Assembly: GCA_043228905.1 (NCBI GenBank)
Contig: JBHGNT010000013.1
Span: 20,894,001 to 20,958,000 of the forward strand
DNA length: 64,000 nucleotides
Origin: Azolla caroliniana
Taxonomy: Eukaryota; Plantae; Polypodiophyta
Reading direction: 5' to 3'
Position numbers and translations under genes: made by a program
In this document: positions 36,995 through 48,943 of the stretch, piece after piece
How positions within the stretch are numbered: position 1 is the stretch's first letter
How the letters are laid out: every line of letters begins with the position of its first letter
Notes under the pieces: model-generated
The model's database searches: none
Seen by the model: only the letters and a program-made list of their open reading frames with translations
What the model was told of the DNA's origin: nothing

Positions 36995-37561
36995 GGTTGC
37001 GGCAACCAGGACCGGACCGGACGAGGAGCGAGAACAAGGTGGAGTGATGCCAGAACGAGCCGGGTGGAAGAACCGGCTGCCACAGACACTAACACCACGA
37101 TCTGACCTGAAGTTGAGCTTGAGGGGGAGTGTTGAGCGAGCAAGGTCAACTTGATCCAGATCGGGTGAATAAGCTTGAGGCGGATCGGCATCCGGGAGGA
37201 TTATCCGGATCGGTATCCGAAAACAATCAGCCAGATCGAGGAGACGGATCGGAGAGCCGGATTCGAATGGGAACCAGAATCCTAGTAGTAGCCTAGACTT
37301 CTAGGTAATTATTGTCTCGTAATTAGTGTCAGTCGCACGTAGGAATATTGAAGTACCTGTCAATACTTCTGTCAGTCCTTTATGAACTTGTATAAATAGT
37401 GTTGTTATAGCATATTGTATGTACAGAGTTTCATAGTACTTTTCATTTTTGAATCTACGTTTAGGTTCTACTCTCTTTGGCTCTCCCCCACGTATACTCT
37501 CTGTGTGTTACTATCCGGCTGAGCCGGTTCTGTCTAACGCTTCCGTACGCTAACATTAATA
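36995..37561 (+). mobile_element. Copia element G 3' end: PPT and LTR (37130-~37561), related to the element D LTR
   Basis: GAGGGGGAG at 37121-37129, then TGTTGAGCG. Both LTR ends resemble the reverse complements of 23820-23866 and 14148-14200. Confidence 0.8.
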
Positions 37562-39305
37562 GAAATTCACAACACTGCGACATAATCGGAATCGGCACGA
37601 TAGAGCTCAATCTTGCGGGTGGCTCTACATTAATACTACGCAATGTCCGACATGTACCTGAGCTCTCAAGACCACTGATCTCCGTCGGTTAGTTGGATGA
37701 AGACGACATTCGTGTTGGCTTCTCATTAGGAGGGTGGACGCTCCATAGGGGGAATCACCTTCTTGCTTGAGGACCAAAGATACACTCATTGTATCCTTTG
37801 CACGTCACATTCAGAGAGGGTGACCTGTTTCTGGTTGAAATCCCCGTGTCATCACTATAGCATGGACGACTCGAACAACTCAGCAAGGCCACCATCACAC
37901 ACTTATCAAGAGCCGGATACATACCCAAACTCATCTTCTTGGATCATAAGTTATGCGAGCATTGCCAATACGGCAAACATACAGCCATAACACACCCGTC
38001 ATCCGGCCCGAACAAATCGAGTCCACTCGATTTGGTCCACTTGGATGTTTGTGGTCCTATACCAGATCAGTCTCTTGGCAGTGCTTTGTACTTCGTCAGC
38101 TTCATTGACGACTCAACTCGGAAGGTGTGGGCTTATCCGATGAAAACCAAAGATCGAGTGTTCTCGATCTTCTTTGATTGGCTCGCTATGGTAGAGAACC
38201 AACCCGGTCAAAAACTGAAATGCTTTCGGACCGATAACGGGGGAGAGTTCAAATCAGAGAAATTTGTCAAATTTTGCCGACAATGCGGCATAAGACGTGA
38301 ATTTACAGCAAAATAGGATACTGACTCTGGGACCTTGAGCACAAATAGATCGTCCGTAGTTTGGACGTTGTGTTCAACAAGTCGAACATGCATCAATCAC
38401 TTGTAAAACCGATCGAAGTCCGAAGGGTAATTTTCTCCGATGTGCCAACCCTTCATGAAGACCTAGGTCACAACACGCGGTCAGCTTCACGGGTAGCTGA
38501 ACCCTCTAACACTAACTCGGTAGTGTCAGACACAGCACATCCAAATGACTCGACTATGGACCATCCAACCATGACACCGAATGCAACCATTCAAGTCATA
38601 CCTCGACGATCCAAGAAACTATCGCAACCACTGGAGAGATACTCTCCTGGTATCCTTTTTATGGACGCCAGAGAACTGACATCATACGAAGAAGCATCAG
38701 CATCAACTGACATGGCCACCTTGCCTTTGGTAATGGAGTTCGAAATGAACTCCATTCGTGCAAACAACACTTGGGATTTGGTCTAATTACCAAAGCATCG
38801 ACGTGCTCTTCCATGTAAGTGGGTCTACCGAGGTATGGCGACATCCAATTCGGCCACCCCGAAATTCAAGGCCAGATTAGTAGCGAAACAGGCGCCGCAA
38901 TAGTGGTACAAGAAGTTCGACGACTTCATCCAATCGATCAGCTTCTCAAAGTGCGATGAGGACCATTGTCTCTTCACGAAAAGAGCTCGGGATGGATCTC
39001 CCATCTTCCTCATCATCTATGTGGATGACATGCTCATCTCAGGTTACCATGCCGGAGAACTCGCTGAGCTTGTTCAACAACTGCGGTTGAAGTTTGCCAT
39101 GAAGGACCTTGGTCCGACTTGACACATTCTTGGCATCAAATTAAGTCAACATCGAAATCAAAAACAATTGTTTCTGTCTCAATCCGACTACATTGGACGT
39201 GTCTTGGAACGCTTCAACATGCAATCGGCAAAATTTTCTTTAACCCCGCTCCTTATTAGTAGTCGACTGTCTCAACGAGACTGCCCGACATCCGGTCCGG
39301 AGGTG
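37562..39305 (+). pseudogene. Second diverged copy of copia family A (PR end, INT, RT, with internal deletions)
   Basis: 37562 onward aligns with 2073 onward. GGSTLILRNVRHVPEL, CEHCQYGK, RTDNGGEF, NNTWDLV, and IYVDDMLI near 39015. Confidence 0.92.
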
Positions 39306-39322
39306 ACATCGACGAATTCATA

Positions 39323-40820
39323 GAAACTGTTATCACTAATGAACATGTCTACTGGATCTACAAGCATTTTAGCACAAAAATCTATGGGTCTTAATGATTT
39401 GAAAACACTTGGAAATTTTTATGGCATTAAAAAAATGATAGATGGGAAAGCGTTTTCTCCTATAATTGATAATGATAAATTGTATGATAAATATGTAATT
39501 TTCAAAAGGAAAGCTACCACGTAATGGCTTCGACGAGATTTCATAGATGTTTGGAGTATGATAAATTGTAATGATGTGTGGAAAGAAAAGTTACCCGAGC
39601 TTCTAAAGCTTTCATTGATAGGGCTAATTCAATGTTCTTCTACGAAAGCATGTGAGAGAGGCTTTAATCGCCTAAATCTAATAAAAAATAAGTTCAGAAA
39701 TAGGCCAAAAACGATACGGTTGATGCATTGATACGAATCTCTATTGAAGAACCTGAACTAGAAGAACATGACTTCAATGCCAACATTTTGTTGTGGTCAG
39801 AGAGCAAGGCATATCGTCATATTTTAACAGGAACTTCTCATGAAATAGAAGATGACATCGAGGACTTCATAGAAGATATAGGTTGAAATTTTGTACATTT
39901 GATCAATTTTGTTTTTAAACTTTATATATATTAGGTGTAATTTTATCTAATATGTTGTTAATGCTAGTTTACAAAGTTTGGAAATGTGAATTTTGTTTAC
40001 AAAGTTAGTAAATGTTTTTGGTAAATATATATATCTAGTTTTTTGTATCCAAAATTTTGTGATTGATTTGATTTGCTGTTGTGCTAGAATTTTTATTATT
40101 ATTTAGTATGCACTAAATGTTTTTTTTCAACATGTTCCAGTTGACATTGTCGTTAATAGGAACATGGCTAGTTGAAATTTTAAAATTCCGGTTAGGTTGA
40201 TATGAAGTAGGAAAATTTCCGGTAGGGGCTAGAGACTTTGCCCAACATTGGTTTTGACCTTGTATTGAATTATACACGTCCTTGACGATTGTTTTAGATC
40301 CTACATTGCTCTTCAAGGCATTCCTAGGTATATATAGTTAGCATCAAATCTTGATAAATTTTGATCTCATGTCATGATTATATGTCATTGGTAACAATTA
40401 ACAACAATTCAGTTCGGTTCAAGAGTGTCAAACTCAAACCGTTTAAGAAATTTGAAACTTAAATTAAATTGAACTGAACCACGAAAGAATTTAAATTGAA
40501 TTGTTACAAAAAAACCAAAGTGTTGAAGCGTTAAAACTAAGGTTCCGGTTTTCAAGTTAGATTAAAATTCATAAAATTTCAAAATTTAAATGAAAAACAT
40601 TTTCATTATTTCAAATGTTAAAGATTGTTCTTTGAAATGTGAGAATTGGGCTTAAAAATGAAAAGGTTGTTCACAAAAATAGTTAAGAAAATAATGAAGT
40701 GGCAACTCTAAACCGATCAAACTATATTGAACTATTAAAAAACAGTTCAATGTGAAGCGAATCGTTTAGATTGTTAAGTCACAGTTTCGTGGTTCTATTC
40801 GGTTTGGTTTGTAGACACTG
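39323..40820 (+). mobile_element. Second hAT relic with probable 3' terminal inverted repeat
   Basis: 39323-40500 aligns with 27511-28684. Ends GGTTTGTAGACACTG (40820), the complement of a CAGTG-type hAT TIR. No partner TIR is in the window. Confidence 0.8.
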
Positions 40821-40890
40821 GCCATTACTATAATATATATTCACATTTAATATGGAGAAGAAGTGAACACCCAAAGTACTCAACATCTTG

Positions 40891-43800
40891 TGTCATAGAC
40901 ACGATGGAATGTAGGGCACGATCGAATCTAGGGGGTTGAACCCATGACCTCTTGGTCTTATTGGACAACCTTACCAATTGAGCTACATTCCATTTAGGCA
41001 TTATTGTATTGGATAAGTTTCAACTAGAACTTTCAAGAAACTTCTAGAGAATGCATAGACATGCACTCTCTACAGGTTTCCATGCATTCTCTTGATCTTT
41101 CCTAGCTTACATTCATACCACCACATTCTTGTATAAATACTTCGGTGCACCTTGTTTACAATCAAGGTGAAAAACACCAGTTACGGAAGCATAATCTAGT
41201 TCTTGCTCTTTGTCTACCTTCTCCCTCTATCTCTCTTGTTCTCTTGTCTATACTCTCTCCCTATCTATATATCTATCTTTTGCTCTTTCTTAATATTTAG
41301 CTCGCCTACTTGTCCTTGTCCTCGTCTACCAGTCCGTGACAGTTTGTTCACCTTCTCTTCTTGTTACCATGTCAGACTCAGCCTTAAGCCAAGTAATGGC
41401 AGCCTTGGAACAACTTCAATTAGAAAATGAAAGCCTTCGTCAATCATTACGAGAGCTTCAGAATGGCATAGCCAACAACCCTCCACCCGTTGAGCCTCAC
41501 CTTCCGTTAGCACCTAACCCAACCCCTTCCTCTTCCCATTCATATGTCCTCAAACCTAACGTCAGCCTACTTGACAAATTCAACGGCTCGAGGGAGCATC
41601 TTCGTGGCTTCATCATCAAATTTGGCTTATCATCCACTTACAACCCCAACGTTATGCTAGTGATTTCTATCGGGTCGGCCTCGTTGGCACCCTTCTCTCG
41701 GGGCCGGCACAAGCGTGGTTTGCACCATTGATGGTGACATCATCCCCACTCTTAGACAACTTTCTTGCCTTCCTTGTGGAGCTTGAAGCCACATTCGGAG
41801 AGACAGATCGGCGACGAACGGCTCTCATGAAACTTTATTCCTTACAACAAGGATCTCGTCCAACTTCCGTCTATGCTTTAGAGTTTTGTCAGATCGTGTG
41901 CAATGTCAGCTGGGATGACCAAGCTTTATGCGACTGGTTTCGTCGAGGCCTTAGAAATGATGTCAAGACTCTTCTCTTAAACTTTCCGGAGCCCCCATCA
42001 TTGTCCCAAGTAATCTCCCAAGCCGTTCAATGTGATAATCATCTTTTTGAGCTTCGACAAGAGGAATGGGGGACTCGAGGCTTTCCGTCTTCCTTCTGCA
42101 ATGCTCCACTCACAAGGCCATATATATCAGTTTCGCCAAGCACGCCCTGGTTGCCGTCTTCCCATGACACTCTTACCCCGATGGAGGTCGACTCTTGTAC
42201 CCCCAATGGAGATTGACCATGCTTGGTTCCAACCATTAACTGATGTCCAACGGCAACATCGACGTGAAAATGGCCTCTGCCTCTATTATGCTGCCCCAGG
42301 CCATGTCATCTGCCACTCCGATGCGTAGCCCTCGTCATCAATCCCACCGTGCACATCTTACCAAGGTTTCTCGACAACAAGAAAACGATCATGGATGTCT
42401 TGTGGAGGTTTTTGGACAACAGGAAAACGAGCAAGTCCGGTTGTAGTAGGAGCCAGGCCGCTAGACACATCCCGTCGCCCTACTTCTCTGTGCTCCTACA
42501 ATTCAGTCACGCGAGCAGGAGGTTTTACGTTGCAAGTAAATCTTAGTTTTGGGTCTATTTCAATAAAATCCCATGCATTGCTCGATTCTGGTGCATCCAC
42601 TTGTTTCATCGATATCGCCTTCGTCTGAGCACAACACAACCCATATCCGTTGAAGCTATCGACGGACGGGTCCTCTCTTCGGGGGCAATTACTGAAGTCA
42701 TTGTCCTGTTGGTACTTCAAGTTGAGTTCCACAAGGAGGTATTAACATTCTATCTCATTGCAACTCCTCGACATCCGATTGGTTTTAGGGCTCTCCCGGT
42801 TTGAAACACACAATCCGATGGTGGATTGGTGCAGCTGCTGAATCACCTTTCCATAAACACCAGCGCGGGTCTCTTCCACAAACACCGTTACTTGTGTGGG
42901 GGCTGCTTTCAACTTGGGAGCACATTCTTCTAATTCAACTTGGGCGCACATCCACCATTTGGGCCCATCTATGGGCTATCTCAACCGGAACTTGAGGCTC
43001 TTTGCACATATCTGGATGACAACCTCACCAAGGGCTTCATTCAAGCCTCCAAGTCACCCAGCTGGGGCTCCAATTTTATTTGTCAAGAAGAAGGATGGCT
43101 CATTACGCCTATGTGTGGATTGTCGGGGTCTCAACAAAATTACGGTACGTAATCGTTATCCCTTGCCTTTAATTCCAACACTCCTTGACCGACTTCGAAC
43201 CGGGCGTATCTTCTGCAAAATCGACCTTCGGGGAGCCTACAATCTGGTGCGTATCAAGCCAGGGGACGAGTGGAAAACTGCCTTCCAAACACGCTATGGA
43301 CATTTTGAGTACAAGGTGATGGCTTTTGGTCTCACCAACACCCCGACGGTCTTTCATCACATGATGAACAATATATTTCGGGAGTATCTCGATCACTTCG
43401 TGCTGATCTACCTTGACGACATTTTAGTGTTTTCTTCCGACATAGAGGAGCACACCTGACACGTCCGACTGGTTCTATCCAAACTTCGGGAACATGGACT
43501 TTACGCCAAAAGTGAGAAATGTGAGCTCGATCAAACCTCTGTCGAATTCCTAGGCTAAGTGATTTCACCCTCTGGAATCACAATGGATGCACGCAAGGTA
43601 GCAACAATCACTGATTGGCCTGTCCCTACTCGGTTGAAACAGGTACAATCATTTCTTGGTTTTCCAAATTTTTATCGACGATTTATCAATGGTTTTTCCT
43701 CTTTAGTGCAACCTCTAATCATCCTTACTAGAAAAGATACTCCATTTCTTTGGACCTCTACGGCGCAAAGTGCTTTTGATGTCCTTAAGGCAGCTTTTCT

Positions 43801-43917
43801 CACAGCCCTAGTGTTGGTCCATCCCGACCCCACAAGGCCCTTCCAGGTAGAAACTGATGCCTCCGACTTTGCCATTGGAGCTGTCCCTCCCAATCAGACG
43901 ACGAGGGCACACTACGT
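40891..43917 (+). mobile_element. Tcn1/Tf1-like chromovirus 2, 3'-truncated in RNase H
   Basis: LTR 40891-41341 (TGTCA...GTGACA). Gag DKFNGSREHLRGF; PR LLDSGAS; [22 protein letters not shown] and YLDDIL; RH VETDASDFAIGA. Confidence 0.92.
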
Positions 43918-46900
43918 TGTCGCGTTGTTACGCGCGTGCGTGGAGAAAGGCGGTACCACGGGGGTCTTGGACTAGGGAGTGACGGAGTGTAGGAAGTCGT
44001 GCTTCACCGTTTCCGGAGCATCCCAGAAGCACACCGGAAGCGACCGAAGGCAAAGAGAGAAAGAGAGGGAGCGCGCACTTAACACTGACTCATGCACATA
44101 CACGCACATGCACACACACACATGCCGACCCAACTCACGCCCTTATGTACAGGAAACGTAGGAAAGGGGAAGCACCCAACACCAACAGAGACGCGGATAT
44201 ACACAGACAGACGCAAATGTATATATATAAAAGGGAAGAATACATTCCCGGCTTCGAGCCGGACCAAGGTAGGTTACAGTAGTCGTCAGCTGCCAAGCCG
44301 CCGGTCGGGGAGCTCACGGGTTTGTCGCGTCGAGCGGGGTCTTGCGCAGGAGACGAGCTGAAGCAAACCCTAAGCGAACACGAAGGGGGAGAAGAAGAAG
44401 AAGAAGAAGAAGAAGAAGAAGAAGAAGAAATAATACTAACCCTAAATCTAACGGTATACCCTCTAACGCAAAATGGGCAACCCCTTCACAAAGGGCACTC
44501 CCTTCCTTGTATAGAACAAGGAGAGGGATGCGTTACAATGTGGGACAAATCCTGACTTACATGGGATCGTCTGTCTCGACTTGACTGCTCTTCGGCGCCA
44601 TAAAGGCGCCCTCGTTATTCACACTGAATGTACAAGGGTGAGCACACACACTGCACCCCGCCGATGTAGACAATGTTTCCCGGTTTCCGCCTCTGGCCGA
44701 AATTCTTCACGACATCCGCCCCCCACCAAACCGCACGTCCACCGGTACGTGCCAAATCCGGTGAAGGGTGAGAGATTTCGGCCGGTGAGAAACTGGTCTT
44801 CCGTGATCCGCATCCCGGCTCGCTGCCGGTTTGATCCGTCGGCTTCGATTCTTCCTTCGCGCTTACCTCCCCGTAGGCTCGTTCGACCCGTCGATGGGTC
44901 CTTCACCGCGATCTCCGTAGTACGCGTACTTCCGCTGGCCCTTGTTCGCCCGTATGCACATCCCGCTCCCCGCTCCCCGTCGTCTGCCCGATGTCCTCCG
45001 TTGAGGAACGCCTGTAGTGGCCCGCTTGGCCTCCGTTGACCATTCGTGTTGCTGCAACAGGTCCCGAGTCTTCCACTTGCCGTCGTCCCCTCGCCCCCAC
45101 CAGCTTGTCACCCCAGGCTTGCCGTGTCAGTCTTCGCTACTTCGACGGAGCTACCGAGATCTACGAAGCGAGTGTGGAGGATCCTCCTCCAGCCTCTCTT
45201 GCCCTCCCCTGACTCCGACCCTGTGCAGTCCACTAGGCACCCGTCACCTCGTTGCCGGCACCTCCCTTGTGCCGTCTTCCGCTTCCTTTGTTCGGCACCG
45301 CCTGCGCCGAACACCGTCCCGTAGTCACGCTTCGATCTGGCCCGCGATGGCCACTTGCGAGACGCTTATTCTGTCCCAGGTGTGCCTCTCCGGCCCGACA
45401 CACCTCCTCATGTTCGCCCTACCGGCTACTTCCGAGACCGTAACCGGCCGGTGAGGGTTTCGCACTTCGTCCGCCCGTCTTACCGACTCCTGATCCGCTA
45501 CCTTGTGTCGTTGGGTCCCGTTCCCTGCCACCACCGTCCTTCTCCCTAGGTCTCACGTTGCCACGTTGGCCGAACTGCCGGAGTCTCCGGATCGGTGTGA
45601 GGGTCCCATAGGACCTGTCTTTGTTTCGTCGCTTGCTGAGATCCGGGTGTCTTTTGTCGGAGTCCTTCACGACTCTCCTCGTGTCTTCCGCGTAGCCGGT
45701 TTCCGTCTTCGTGTTGCCGGGTCCCGTTTCCCGCCGCCACCAACCTTCTCTCTCGGTCTGATGTTCCCACGTTGGCCGAACTGCCGGAGTCTCTAGTTCG
45801 GTGTGGGGATCCCATAGGACCGAACTTCCTTATGCCCACTGACCTTGCCGGAAGGTCCGATTTGGTTCGTGGCCGCCTCGCCGGCCTGATACCTCGCCGT
45901 TCGTCGCTTCCTGTTGTCCGATCACGTTCTCCTGCCGCCACCAACCTTTCCTATAGGACTCATGCTGGCACTCGGGCCGACCGCCGGATCGGTGTGAGTG
46001 TCTTCGTTGGACCTCCCCTTTCAGGCTTCGGTTGCCTGCCTTGCCGCCGCCACCATCACTTACTCTAGGTCTCACCCCTCCTCTTGTCGTTGGCTGCCGG
46101 AGTCTCTAGAATCGGTGCGTGTAAGGTCACAGCTGCTCCGCTCCGCCTTCGCCATCCTCTTCTGTTGGTCACGTTCCCCTGCCGCCACCGTCCTTTCCTA
46201 TAGGACTCACGCCGGCTCTTGGGCCGACCGCCGGATCGGTGTGAGGATCTCCGTAGACCGCCCATCCATAACCCTTTGCCTTCGTCCCCTCGCCGCCACC
46301 ATTCGTCACTTTAGGCCGACCGCCGGCTCTCGAGCTGACCGTCGGTTTCTGTAGAACTGGTGTGAAGGATCCTCCTTGGGCCTCCGATTTGTCTTCCCGC
46401 CCTATCCCGGGTCGTCCTTTTCCGCATGCCGAGAAGGCGGTTTACTCCGCACCCTCTCCCATGGTACCGACGTACTGTGTCCTCGGCCTCTTCGTAGGCC
46501 TACTCTCTTCCTCCCTCCCAGAATGGTCATCCGGGAGTCCGCTCCGCCCTGTTCTCGTTCGGGTCCGTTCGTCATTCTTCGGATTGCCGAGTCCCGTTTT
46601 TCTGTCGCCACCGACCTCTCCTACAGGACTCACGCCGGCACTCGGCCGACCGCCGGATTGGTGCGAAGATCTCATGGGACTGGTCTTCGTTCTCTTCATT
46701 CCTTGTACTTCTCCTGAACTCGTCGTTTCCCCCCTCTTCGCGTTCTCGCCTCCATCCTCCATCTCTTTCGGTCTCACGTTGCCACGTTGGCCGAACTGCC
46801 GAAGTCTCCGGATAGGACGCGGGGTAACCGATTTTGCAACGTCATTCTACGACTCGTCCAGACCACGCCCCTTCTAGTGGTGTCGGTGGATAGCATCCGC

Positions 46901-47570
46901 TCTGTCATCAACCAAGCCTCGCCTGAGCTTGATTCTCCAATGTCCGGAATTTCGGCTCCGATGCCGACCTTGCCAAACTCGTTCCGAACCTTTGATCACT
47001 TTCCTTTCCAATTCCCGACCTTCGCCTGGTCGGTCTTTCTCCCCATGTAAAAGAGGGCGGCTCGTCCCGCACCCCCTTTTGTATCGGCACTTTCATGCCG
47101 AATCCGGCGCCGATCAAACGATCCACGACCAAATTCTGCTCCATCCGCATCGGAATGCCGATCTCCTCGTGCCGCGTCCGTCCTCAGCCTCCTCACAGAC
47201 CGTTTCCCATCCATCTTCGTTGGCATCGTGCCCGGACTCCTCGGTACCGCCATCCATCTCCTCGGTCTTACATGGGCATACGGGCCCCAAAACCGAGTTC
47301 TCCGGAATCGGGTCCGAGGGCTTTCGTCTGCTCCTTCCCCGTATCGTCTCGCCGGTGATTCTTGGTCTTTCGCCGCCGCCTTCCTCCGCTTGGGACTCAC
47401 GTGGGCACTCGGGCCCGACTGCCATCGTCTCGGGAGCAAGTGTGTGAAGACACAAAGAATCGCCCGTCTGTTTTACGCCCTTGTCCGTAGCCACCGGACC
47501 GGCTCTTCGTGATTGGCGGTCGTCTCCTTACTGATCGCGCAAGCCCCGCCTGGGCTTGCTTCTCCGATAT
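43918..47570 (-). mobile_element. Degenerate GC-rich LTR-type element, probably related to the Trp-primed element; boundaries uncertain
   Basis: Starts TGTCGCG right after ACGT, cutting chromovirus 2. LTR-like 43918-~44650 contains (GAA)13. Internal imperfect repeats share GGTCTCACGTTGCC (45549, 46770) with 9739-9752. Confidence 0.5.
44391..44429. repeat. (GAA)13 microsatellite
   Basis: Read directly from the sequence. Confidence 0.98.
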
Positions 47571-47739
47571 CCGGGGTTTAGAATTTTTTAAAATTGTTTG
47601 AATTTTTTTTTCTCTTTTTTTAACGCTAGCTAGTGAGTGAGCAACACAGAACAGTGAGCGAAGAGGCCACATCCTGCATCTTTACTTGATGCTTACACCC
47701 TCACCTCCCCTTGCATCCTATTCTCGGCTTGTAAATTAG

Positions 47740-48300
47740 GGTGTCGACTGAAAACCCTTATTTCAGTCGAAACCCTAATTTCGGCCATATTTCTTCTTTT
47801 CGTCCAACATCCTCACCTCCCCCTCATCCTTTGAGTGTCACTTACATATTATTCTTGGCCTCCAAACCTAGGGTGGTGATGAAACCCTAATTAATTAATT
47901 TTTAGTAAATTAATTCATTATTAATGAATTAATTAATATTTTAATTCTTTAAACCCTAATTTGGTGCAAAACTAGGAGCCCTGATTAATTGAGCATTCAT
48001 GAATTAATTAATGTTTTAGTAAATTAACTCATTAGTAGTGAATTAATTAATATTTTAATTCTTAAAACTCTAATTTTGGCTGAAATTAGGAACCCTAAGT
48101 AATTAATTAATAATAAATTAATGCATTATTAGTGAATTAATTAATATTTCAATTTTAAAAACCCTAATTTTACTTGAAATTAGGAACCTTAATGAATTAA
48201 TTAATATTTCTAGGGGATAAATTCATTATTAGTGATTTGGTTAATATTTTAGCGAATTAATTATTTTTTTAGTAAATTAATAACTTTTTATTATGTAAAT
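47740..48300. repeat. AT-rich degenerate repeat with AAACCCTAA and GAATTAATTAATATTT units
   Basis: AAACCCTAA at ~47770, 47882, 47951, 48159. The block TAAATTAA...CATTA...GAATTAATTAATATT recurs several times. Confidence 0.7.
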
Positions 48301-48414
48301 TTAAAACGAATGGTTCAGTAATATTCTTGGGGTCATTTTGTATTCTCGAATATGGGGAATATTATGGTTGTCGAATACCAAGAATATCACGCATGGGTCA
48401 ATCTATGAATGTAA

Positions 48415-48592
48415 CATATATCCTTGTTTAATATGCAAAGGACGCGAGTGCTCACCATCATAGCCCTCTTGTATTTTTCAAGGTCATCTAGTGAAGTAAT
48501 CATATAGAGGAATATTGAAAATTTTGCGAGAATCATAGTAGGTCCAATTTTGAAATGGACGATAGAGAAAGGAATGATGGATGCGAGACTTG
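48415..48592 (+). repeat. ~180-bp dispersed repeat flanking the LTP gene (other copies 51110-51300 and partial 40845-40890)
   Basis: Shared blocks ATATCCTTGTTTAATAT, CATCTAGTGAAGTAATC, TAGGTCCAATTTTGAAAT, GATAGAGA.AGGAATGATG. AAGTGAACACCCAAAGTACT occurs at both 40861 and 51136. Confidence 0.8.
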
Positions 48593-48832
48593 TAATACAT
48601 ACTGTAACATCATTGTGAACCACGTCTGTGTCACATATAAGTTTTGTTTAAATCCGAATACTCCTCATTCTATGAGACTTGGCCAGAGAAAACCAATAAT
48701 TTATCTAAGTAATGGTAGGGATGATGTGGGAAAGAAGAGGGAGGGGGGGTTGAACTTGACCACTCAAACAAGTGGTATTGACTTGAATTAACAAGTCAGA
48801 TTTCAGAACGTGGACATCATGGTGGGTTGTTT

Positions 48833-48881
48833 GGGGGGGGGGGGGGGAGGGGGGGTGTGTGGTGTGTGTATATATATATAG
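48833..48881 (+). promoter_or_regulatory. Putative core promoter of the LTP gene (G-run followed by a (TA)n TATA-like tract)
   Basis: G15-A-G7 at 48833-48855 and TATATATATATA at 48869-48880, about 65-75 nt upstream of the ATG. Confidence 0.5.
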
Positions 48882-48943
48882 CTGACATTACCATTAAAGT
48901 TGACATAGCTTGCAAGGAGGGAGCACTAGGGAGAAGTACATAC

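Noticed and set aside
44581-47512. Many overlapping 100-170-aa ORFs
   Set aside because: GC-rich low-complexity repeats give few stops in all frames, and no domain motif was recognised.
47750-48170. Interstitial telomere
   Set aside because: AAACCCTAA motifs are isolated, not tandem TTTAGGG arrays.
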